This document shows, in pieces, positions 19,067 through 26,904 of a stretch of DNA of 64,000 bases. A program made the translations under genes and the position numbers. Location: assembly GCA_033763315.1 (NCBI GenBank), contig JANRKS010000020.1, positions 54,489 to 118,488 on the forward strand, written 5' to 3'. Every line of letters begins with the position of its first letter. Positions within the stretch are counted from its first letter, which is position 1. Below the pieces are notes generated by a model. That model worked only from the letters and a program-made list of their open reading frames with translations, searched no databases and was not told the origin of the DNA. This stretch comes from Deltaproteobacteria bacterium (GTDB lineage: Bacteria > Myxococcota_A > Polyangia > Fen-1088).

Positions 19067-20082
19067 TTTCTGATCGCGGCTTGAAGACTGTCAAGGTTGC
19101 TTGGACTGTCGAGTGCCGCTGAACGGCAATTAGCAGCGAGGTGGCACGCGGACCTAAATGCCCCTATCAACGTGGGTGGTTGCGAAGTTCCGATAAAGAG
19201 ATTCTGAAACAACTCAGTAGCAGCTTCAAGGGGCGCAAGCTGTCGAAATCCGAACTCCTCTCTGTCGCTACGTCTCTGGGCGCTAATGTGCCATATCCAC
19301 GAAAGCGGCTCCCACGAGTCGGTCGAAAGCACTGGGAATTCTAAGTACGAGTGGTGATCAGCTGCGAGGTGGGTTGCTGCGGCCCGAGCCCATTCCCGAA
19401 CTTGGCTTTCAAATGTAGAGGCCACAAGCGGCTGCGACTCCTTGTTAGCGGATCGGAGACCCTGTACTACGCAGAGATCCTCTGATACCAGCCTAGCTCC
19501 TTGGCTCTGAAAGGCACGTGCGAGTGTCGTCTTGCCGGCCCCACTGTGACCGACGGCCATAACGGTTTCTCCTTCCACTTGAAATGCGGAAGCGTGCACT
19601 ACGAAGTGTCCCCGCGCGGAGAGCAACTTGGGTGCCACCGCTAGAAGCGCTCGATAGGCGAAGGACATTTGTCCCTCCAAAGGACCAGCGAGCCATCGAA
19701 TGACGAAGTCTTCTTTTTCGATGTTTACGATTGCCGATTTTTCGAGCGTGAGTTCCCAGCAGTCCGCCTTTTCAACAAAGGAGAAGTCGCCGGTCCATCT
19801 CGCTCGTTCGAGGGGTACAAAGTCCAACAGGTGTGACAACAATGTCGAACTAATTCCGACCGCCTCCGGCAACGATACCTTCATCAACTCAGCTACCTGG
19901 GAGAAGGCAGCTTCCATGCTGGGAGAGCTTAGGAGCACCTTTATGACCAGCTGCGCCTCGTCATTGAGGCTGAAGAGCTCACCAGTCTCGGCATCAAGGA
20001 GTAGGGAATCGAGAGCCACAGATTGCAGAAAGAAGCGGCTCTTAAGGTCCTTGATTTCCATGTGAGGTTTCGATGTAGTCAT
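19042..20082 (-). CDS. RRE(PqqD-like)-fused HPr-kinase-related kinase
   Basis: N-terminal LLLDAETGELFSLNDEAQLVI (RRE-like); C-terminal VHASA...GHSGAGKTTL...LVSEDL. Confidence 0.8.
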   Translation of the reverse strand: MTTSKPHMEIKDLKSRFFLQSVALDSLLLDAETGELFSLNDEAQLVIKVLLSSPSMEAAFSQVAELMKVSLPEAVGISSTLLSHLLDFVPLERARWTGDFSFVEKADCWELTLEKSAIVNIEKEDFVIRWLAGPLEGQMSFAYRALLAVAPKLLSARGHFVVHASAFQVEGETVMAVGHSGAGKTTLARAFQSQGARLVSEDLCVVQGLRSANKESQPLVASTFESQVREWARAAATHLAADHHSYLEFPVLSTDSWEPLSWIWHISAQRRSDREEFGFRQLAPLEAATELFQNLFIGTSQPPTLIGAFRSACHLAANCRSAALDSPSNLDSLQAAIRNYRSKTAS

Positions 20083-20363
20083 TCGGGTTGGCCCGGTTGG
20101 ATATCCAGCAAACCCCAGGCTTGTAGTTTGCCAACCACCGACGACACATCGGAAGTTGCTGCCTCACCTCCGCCGCACTCATTCTTAACCTCTTTGATCA
20201 AGTCTTCGAGAGATGTCGGCTTGGAGAGCATCCTCCATACGAAGTAAGCAGTCTCGTTGAGTTCCCAGCAGTCCCCCGAGCGCGCGTCAACGAGTACTGC
20301 TCCGGCGCTGGTTGGGCGGCTCAGGACGTTAGGATTGGTCTGATATCGCATCCGCACATTCAT
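20079..20363 (-). CDS. Stand-alone RiPP recognition element (PqqD / lasso B1)
   Basis: AVLVDARSGDCWELNETAYFVWRML...DV...xLQAWGLL; ATGA overlap with the kinase; ORF extends to 20375. Confidence 0.9.
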   Translation of the reverse strand: MNVRMRYQTNPNVLSRPTSAGAVLVDARSGDCWELNETAYFVWRMLSKPTSLEDLIKEVKNECGGGEAATSDVSSVVGKLQAWGLLDIQPGQPE

Positions 20364-21183
20364 GGCTGTCAGCAAGGTCTTTAGCTCTTGACCCCTCCCA
20401 TAGCGTGGCTATCCCTGCAAGTTAACACTGCCGAAGCATCAGTTAGCGCCTGAGCGTTGGCACGATGAAGGCATTGACGTTGATCTCTCTCCTAGGATAC
20501 CAGGAACCAGGGTGTTGTTGTAAGGCGAGGTGCATCCATCACCCCTTCACGCGATGGCCTCGCAGTCGGGCAATCAACCCGTCGGACGATTGATCCGGTG
20601 GTACTGCCTGCCGTTTTTAACGCTGGCTCGTGTTTGTACGGCTTGGCTCGCTGCCAATCAAACCAACTGCGAGGAGAGAGGACCTCACGCTGCAACAGTG
20701 CCCCAATCACTAGCAATGCCTCTTTACCTTGTCCTCCAGCACGACCCAAAAGATCGAAACAATACACTGGACGTTCGGCCGCGCGCAGGCTCGACGCTCC
20801 TCCATGACCGGTTCGGGCGAAGGCGCATCGCATCCTACCTAGAGCTGGTGGCGCGGTTCCTTACAAGAGAGGTGGGGGGCCCGGAGACGATGAAGAGACG
20901 TCCGCCTTGTTCGATGCGGCTCAGCTTGCCAACCCATGACGAAGCGCCCTACATCCGCGTCCGGGGGTTCACCGCTGCTTTGCCTGCCGTAATCGTCACC
21001 CCCTCGCGGACGACTTGCACCCGAACGATGCCGGGGATGTGGTGTTGAGCCAGACTGATGGCCAGCCGTATCGAGCCTCCCCAACTGACGAAGATGAGGC
21101 GATCCGTCGTGCGGATGGCGCCCCCATTTCAAAGCTTCTTTGCACGAGCGCTCCGTGCGGCCGCTGCGCAAGAAAGACCCGCA

Positions 21184-21748
21184 TCAGCCCCCCAAGACAT
21201 CGCGCACAGAAGCCGCCGTCAGGGCCGCCGCATGCCACTTCCGCAACAACGCAACGTCGCGGCTGCGTTCAATGCGTTCGCGCTCTTCTTCCAGCGGTTC
21301 CAATCCCCGTAGGCGCAGCACGGCGAGAACCGCTTGCGCTAGGCGATAGGCCTCTCCCTCCGCCTTGCCCTCCGCCTTGCCTTCCGCCTTGCCTTCGCTG
21401 TGGGCCCGTCGAAGGCTTTGGTCTTGGAATTGGTAGTTTTGTGGAATCATGTTCAAAGCCTTTTTGACTTGATCGCTCAGTGCAGCCCGGATGAGATCGT
21501 AATAATACATCGCCGTTCGACCGTCGGGCAGGCTCAGCGCCGCCTCGATGGCCGTGCGAGCTATCTTGACTGCGCGGGTCGTGTTTTTGTCGTGCCCGTG
21601 GCAGATCGCCGAAAGAACCGCTAACGCTGTGTTCTGTTCAGCTTGCGCCAAGTCCCCTACGGCAGGCATTTGGTCCGGCCCCAGGACAACACGAGGAAGG
21701 CTGCTCTCGAAGCATTTCTACGATCGCTTGGTGTCGTTGCGACGGCAC
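21184..21748 (-). pseudogene. Internally deleted Rpn-like / PD-(D/E)XK-associated protein
   Basis: N-terminal MPSQRHQAIVEMLREQP (GTG 21748) is out of frame with VLGPDQMP...LAVLSA..HG...(EGKA)n...LRKWHAAALTA. Confidence 0.65.
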
Positions 21749-21862
21749 ACCCGGTCTTCGGCACACGCTCGCAACTGTTGCTTACAAAACGCAACCGCCC
21801 TCAACACACTTAAGCGGTGGTATTCTTGGCGTTTCGAAACGAACGTCTTTAAGCGATATCAG

Positions 21863-22783
21863 ATGCCTCAAAGCAACGACGATCTCTTCTCCCGCAATCT
21901 CACGCACACCCAGCAGCTCTTGCGGGAGGCCGAGGAGGTGCTGCAACGGCTTGCTAGGAACCGCGCGGCCATGGCGCGGCCGCGCGTGATGGTTCCAGCT
22001 TTGGTCGAGCCGCCACCGCCCCACGTGCCCGAACCCCCACCGCCTTTGGAGCTCTTGGCCAAGCGGCGACGAGCGCCGAACGAAATAACGCATGAGGAAC
22101 GAAGTGGTTTTACGCGCCTTTTCGCCAAGCGCGGATTTATCGTCAATGCCGACCTGCGCGCTATTTCCGGGTTGGACGTGGCGCAGGCAAGCGTGCGTCT
22201 GCGTGTTTTCCGTAACGCAGAATTATTGCGACAAGATGGCCTTGGTTCCCTGACAAAATATTACCCCGGTCCACGGTGGCAGCCCCTAGAGCTGGAACCG
22301 CATGCCGCGCCCCCGCCCAATCCCGCTGAGATAAACGTCACCATTGGCACGCCACGCGATGTACAAGCGCTTGCAAATCTGCGCGCGCAACAGGTGCAAC
22401 CAATGACCGTTGTTACATCAAGCGAGGCGTCAGGCAAAATCGAGAATTTATTGCGGCAGTTGCGCTCGCGCCGCAATGTTCTGCTTCTTGCATCCGATGT
22501 GGAGGGCAATCTCGTCGGTTATTTGCACTGCGGCTTGGACGAAAAACGGGGCGATCGCATCGGCTCTATCTATGCGTTCTATCTTGCCCCTGGTGCGCAC
22601 CAGAACGCTCGGCTTCGTTTATTTGAAACCGCGAAGCGGTGGTTGACCCAACAAGGCGCCTTAAGGATTCGTGTGCAGGTGCCGCATGAGGCCTCGCCCG
22701 CGCAAGCCTTCTTTGCAGAGCAACAATTTAACCCCGCCAGCGTTGAAATGGAGCTGTTTGTGGGAGCCACGGTCAAGACGTAA
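21863..22783 (+). CDS. Winged-helix + GNAT acetyltransferase fusion
   Basis: GFIVNADLRAISGL...LLRQDG.G..TKY (wHTH-like); C-terminal LVGY...IYAFYL.P...AQAFF (GNAT). Confidence 0.65.
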   Translation: MPQSNDDLFSRNLTHTQQLLREAEEVLQRLARNRAAMARPRVMVPALVEPPPPHVPEPPPPLELLAKRRRAPNEITHEERSGFTRLFAKRGFIVNADLRAISGLDVAQASVRLRVFRNAELLRQDGLGSLTKYYPGPRWQPLELEPHAAPPPNPAEINVTIGTPRDVQALANLRAQQVQPMTVVTSSEASGKIENLLRQLRSRRNVLLLASDVEGNLVGYLHCGLDEKRGDRIGSIYAFYLAPGAHQNARLRLFETAKRWLTQQGALRIRVQVPHEASPAQAFFAEQQFNPASVEMELFVGATVKT

Positions 22784-22940
22784 CGGCCGGGCGCCTATGT
22801 GCACGAGTCGTGTTGCTGTCGCGCCCGTGACAGATTGCAGAAAGGACAGCCAAGCCTGAGACATTTCGGCGTTGAGATGGACCTTGTGGTCGCGCTTAAG
22901 GTCAAAAAGAAGCGCCCGCAGCCGCCTTGACGTTGCTGGT

Positions 22941-23510
22941 TTAACCTCGAAACACGGCATCAAGCGCGACGCTGACTTCAGCGAATGCAGGCCAGGTCAG
23001 TGATGAGGTGCTGCCCACCACTGCACTCTGTTGATAGCGGCCATCGACTGAATTCAATCGCCATTGCGTAACCGTACGCAGATCTGGATCCGCTACCCAG
23101 TATTCGGGAATGCCGAAACGTTCATAAAGGTGCAGCTTCAGCTGCAGATCGCGCTCTCCTGAACTTGGTGACAAAATCTCCACCACGAGATCCGGAACAC
23201 CTTCGATGCCTCGGTTTGTGATGATGCCTTCGCGCGCCTTCGAAACAACCACGAGGTCTGGCTGCACCACGGTCTCGTCATCCAGCATAAGGTCGATGGG
23301 CGCGTCGAATACCTGTGCAAGCCCTGTCTCCTCAAGTTGCTTCATAAGCGCAAACTGAAGACGGCGAGACACCGTCTGGTGGCGCGGAGCGGGGGCGGGG
23401 GTCACGTAGAAGTCTCCTTCGATAAGCTCGTGACGCTTGCCATCCTCGGGAAGCAGGCAGTACTCCCGGTATGTGAAGGGGCGGGGGCGTGGAGCCGACT
23501 GAGAACGCAC
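22941..23510 (-). CDS. Uma2 (DUF820) family endonuclease
   Basis: LPEDGKRHELIEG, VQPDLVV, PDLVVEILSPS, GIPEYWVADP. Confidence 0.93.
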   Translation of the reverse strand: MRSQSAPRPRPFTYREYCLLPEDGKRHELIEGDFYVTPAPAPRHQTVSRRLQFALMKQLEETGLAQVFDAPIDLMLDDETVVQPDLVVVSKAREGIITNRGIEGVPDLVVEILSPSSGERDLQLKLHLYERFGIPEYWVADPDLRTVTQWRLNSVDGRYQQSAVVGSTSSLTWPAFAEVSVALDAVFRG

Positions 23511-23577
23511 GTCCCAAGTCTAGCATAGGCAGGAGCGGGTCCCGCTCGACCCGTCGCCCCCCGCCATGTGCTTGCGC

Positions 23578-24528
23578 CTACTTCTTCAGCTCGGCCATCA
23601 GCGCTGGGATCGCCTTTTCCCAATCCGCCACCAGGCCGTAATCGGCCACTTGGAAGATCGGGGCTTCGGCATCCTTGTTGATCGCCACGATCACCTTCGA
23701 ATTCTTCATGCCCGCCAAGTGTTGAATGGCGCCTGAGATCGCCACGGCGATGTAGAGTTTCGGGGCCACCACTTTGCCGGTTTGCCCCACCTGCAGATCA
23801 TTGGGCACCATGCCAGCGTCAGCGGCCGCGCGGCTGGCACCCAGGGCGCCACCCAATTGATCCGTGAGCTGTTCAAGCAGCTTGAAGTTCTCGGTGGATT
23901 TCATGCCGCGGCCACCGGAGACAACGATTGATGCATCGGCCAGATCGGGCCGCTCGCTCTTGGAGGCATGCAAAGCCACGAACGCCGCGCCTTTCGCGTC
24001 GAGTGCTGGCACAGATTGAGACTCAACGGCGCCTGCGTTGGCCGCGGGGGCAGCGGCTTCGAACGCCGTTTGACGGACCGACACAACGACCGTGGGCGTG
24101 CCCACCTCAACGGTGCTGATGGCATTTCCCGCATAGGTAGGGCGGCGGAACTTGGCGGCGCCATCGACGCCTGAAATTTCGCTCGCCATACCGGCGCCGA
24201 GCAGGGCCGCCGCGCGCGGCAGGACGTCTTTGCCTGTGGAAGTGGCACATGCCACTAGGGCATCTGCACCTGCGGCCTTAAGCGCTTGCACCATCACTGG
24301 TGCGTAAGTTTCAGCCAGCGGCGCCTGCAACGTGGGTGCATCGTAGACGAGCACTTTGTCGACGTACTTTGCTGCCTCGGCCGCTGCGGCAGTAACACCC
24401 GCGCCGATTACCACACCCACCAACGGGCCGGGTCGATGTTTGGCAAGCTCACGAGCGGCGGTGACCGCCGACAACGAGGCTGAGCGAACGGTGGACTCTG
24501 TTGTTTCCAGATAAACAAGCACTGACAT
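23578..24528 (-). CDS. etfA: Electron transfer flavoprotein alpha subunit
   Basis: [36 protein letters not shown]. Confidence 0.96.
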   Translation of the reverse strand: MSVLVYLETTESTVRSASLSAVTAARELAKHRPGPLVGVVIGAGVTAAAAEAAKYVDKVLVYDAPTLQAPLAETYAPVMVQALKAAGADALVACATSTGKDVLPRAAALLGAGMASEISGVDGAAKFRRPTYAGNAISTVEVGTPTVVVSVRQTAFEAAAPAANAGAVESQSVPALDAKGAAFVALHASKSERPDLADASIVVSGGRGMKSTENFKLLEQLTDQLGGALGASRAAADAGMVPNDLQVGQTGKVVAPKLYIAVAISGAIQHLAGMKNSKVIVAINKDAEAPIFQVADYGLVADWEKAIPALMAELKK

Positions 24529-24538
24529 GGCAGCCTCC

Positions 24539-25360
24539 TCAGAGCACCTTGGCTTCGTTGCGAAGTTTGGAAACGAGCTCTTCCACAGAAGCCACCTTCA
24601 CGCCCGCGCGGCGGCTGGGCGGCGCTGTGTGGCTGACGTGCTTCACGAGCACCTGCGGCGAAGCCCCAAGCGATGCCGCCGTGACCTCTTTCACTTCTTT
24701 CTTCTTGGCCGCCATGATGCCCTTGAGGGCTGCGTAGCGCGGGCCTTCTTCCCATTCGGCGTCGGCACCCACCAGCGCCAGGTTGTGTACGGATTTTTTG
24801 CCGATGATCCTCAAATCAACCGTGAGCACGGCAGGCAAGGGCACGCGTTTTTCTTCGACGCCCGCATCCACTTCGCGCGTGCCGAGGGCTGACTTGCCGT
24901 CGGCCGCTAACGTGAGCGTGGCCAAGAACGTGGCTTGTGGCCAGCCGAGGTAACCCGCCAGCAGTTGTCCCACCTGATTCGAATCACCATCGACGGTTTG
25001 TTTGCCCATGATGACAGCGTCGGGCTTCTCGGCCGCCACAACCGCGGCCAGAATCTGCGCCACCGCGTTTGCGTCGAGCTCTTGATCTTGGCCGTCCACC
25101 AAGATCGCGCGGTCGGCGCCCATCGCCAGCAAGCCACGAACCTGTTGAGTGGCGTCTTTGGGGCCAATCGCCACCAAAACAACTTCGCCAGATCGCTCGC
25201 CGCCTTTGCCTTTTTCGGTCAGGCGCAGTGCCGCTTCCACGGCGTACTCATCGAAGGGATTCACCTGCCAACCCGGGTTAGAAAGATCTAACCCGGTGCC
25301 AGCGAACTTTAGCTTTTGTTCAGGGTTGGGAACCCGTTTGCAAGGAACGAGGATTTTCAC
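24539..25360 (-). CDS. etfB: Electron transfer flavoprotein beta subunit
   Basis: KRVP, NPFDEYAVE, LAMGADRAI, GKQTVDGD, PRY. Confidence 0.96.
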   Translation of the reverse strand: MKILVPCKRVPNPEQKLKFAGTGLDLSNPGWQVNPFDEYAVEAALRLTEKGKGGERSGEVVLVAIGPKDATQQVRGLLAMGADRAILVDGQDQELDANAVAQILAAVVAAEKPDAVIMGKQTVDGDSNQVGQLLAGYLGWPQATFLATLTLAADGKSALGTREVDAGVEEKRVPLPAVLTVDLRIIGKKSVHNLALVGADAEWEEGPRYAALKGIMAAKKKEVKEVTAASLGASPQVLVKHVSHTAPPSRRAGVKVASVEELVSKLRNEAKVL

Positions 25361-25405
25361 GTTGGCTGCTCCTCTAATTTGGATGCGTGCAAGTGCGTGG
25401 AGGAA

Positions 25406-25909
25406 TCAACTGGTGGCAACTTCGAGCGCTTCTTGCAGGTACTCGACAGTTTCCTCGTCAACATCAACCAAATAAACGGTGGCCGGCTTCTCTGAGCGAT
25501 GGGCGCGCAGTTCGTCCGCAATGGCCCGTGCGGCGTCGCCTGGGTCCACGCCGCCCAAGCCCGCGCCCAAACCCGGGATCGCGATGATCTCGAACTTGTG
25601 GTGGCTTGCAGCCAACAGCGCGGCCCGCGTGGCGCGGCGAACGTTTTCGACAGTCGACTTGTGGCCAGGCTCGTCGATTGTGGGCACGTGAATGATCCGC
25701 TTGGCCCACAACTTCCCGGCGTTTGTGACCACGGCGGCGCCGACGGCGATAGGAGCTAACGACATGGCCTCCTTTTGAATGGTGGGTCCGCCTTTGCGGG
25801 AAATGGCGCCAGCCACCCCTCCGCCCATGATTCCCCAAGAATTTGCCGGGCTTACGAGAGCGTCTACGGCCAACTCAGTGATGTCTGCTTGTGCCAAATG
25901 AACAATCAT
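25406..25909 (-). CDS. Macro domain protein
   Basis: DIT..VDALV.PANS..MGGGVAGAI; IAIPGLGAGLGG. Confidence 0.92.
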   Translation of the reverse strand: MIVHLAQADITELAVDALVSPANSWGIMGGGVAGAISRKGGPTIQKEAMSLAPIAVGAAVVTNAGKLWAKRIIHVPTIDEPGHKSTVENVRRATRAALLAASHHKFEIIAIPGLGAGLGGVDPGDAARAIADELRAHRSEKPATVYLVDVDEETVEYLQEALEVATS

Positions 25910-26079
25910 GATCGCCTGGCGGGGTGCCCAGGACCTCCTTGGCTCACCGTACCACAGGGCTAAACCACGTCACAGGAATTGGTGCACGCAAAACGCGACA
26001 TTGAGGTGCTGCCCCTGCCGCACGCTCATCGATCCCGTTACCTAACGGTGCCCCCTGACGGCAGGGAGCACTGGACACG

Positions 26080-26658
26080 CTAGTCCGAGATGCCTTCGGC
26101 CAGGGCCTGCGTGAGCACATGGTCGACGGCGTCCGGGGCGGTGGCTTGCGCCACGCACAGTTCCTGAACGATCAGATCTTTGGCGGTATCCAACATGCGC
26201 CGCTCGCCAAATGAAAGCGGTTTCGTACGCTTCAAGCGATGCAGGTCGCGAAACACTTCGGCTACCTCGAAAAGCGAACCCGACTTGATCTTGTCCATGA
26301 AACCGCGGTACCGACGGTTCCAGGTGTGACGGTCTAGTGGCACGTCTTTCTCGCGCAGGATCTGGAGGACCTCCTCTACCTCACTCGTGCCAGCCACGGG
26401 ACGCAAACCCACCTGTTGTGCCTTGTGTACGGGTACCAAAATACGCAGCCCGGATTCCGCCAGGCGCAGGACGTAAAAGTGCTGAATTTTGCCGTGGATC
26501 TCGCGACGTTCGAGATCTGTCACTTCGGCTATGCCTTGCGATGGGTAAACCGCTTTGTCACCGATTTTGAAGGTTAACGGAACACCAAGATCTGCTCCAC
26601 TTGAGTCATCGCAGAAGCTTGCTTTGTCCCAGTTCGAAGTGTCGCTGCGATGGCTCAT
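26080..26658 (-). CDS. CarD/CdnL-family RNA polymerase-binding regulator
   Basis: FKIGDKAVYP.QG, TWNRRYR, LSFGERRML; true start may be downstream. Confidence 0.9.
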   Translation of the reverse strand: MSHRSDTSNWDKASFCDDSSGADLGVPLTFKIGDKAVYPSQGIAEVTDLERREIHGKIQHFYVLRLAESGLRILVPVHKAQQVGLRPVAGTSEVEEVLQILREKDVPLDRHTWNRRYRGFMDKIKSGSLFEVAEVFRDLHRLKRTKPLSFGERRMLDTAKDLIVQELCVAQATAPDAVDHVLTQALAEGISD

Positions 26659-26904
26659 GGTGTTTACTTTCCCCTAGAAAACACTATCGACATGCTCTTT
26701 GTCGGTAGTTCTGCTTACAAGTCTGACATGAAACTTCTCGCGGAGGCAATCACACGATGCGTCGACCTCCAGATGCACGAACAAGCTTGCCGAGTTTACC
26801 AGACACCGGTAAAAGCATGCGGGGCTTGCGGCGCGGTGTTGGTGGTAGGACGTGGCCGCTCGCAGAGGGTGTTTCCCGCTTAACTAAGAACTTAAAGAGG
26901 TTCC

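Noticed and set aside
20079-20375. PQQ biosynthesis gene
   Set aside because: No pqqA/B/C/E or radical SAM gene nearby; better explained as a lasso RRE
20457-20473. sigma54-like TTGGCACGATGAAGGCA on the plus strand
   Set aside because: The -12 element is weak (AGGC) and no credible gene lies downstream
21355-21397. 12-bp tandem repeats as a CRISPR or VNTR
   Set aside because: They encode the EGKA repeat of the Rpn-like tail; no spacers or cas genes
10430-23570. Prophage or integrative element with att sites
   Set aside because: No integrase, transposase, phage gene, tRNA or flanking direct repeat was found by eye
26048-26071. Hairpin downstream of the carD-like gene as an intrinsic terminator
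   Set aside because: Short imperfect stem with no U-tract; not supportable
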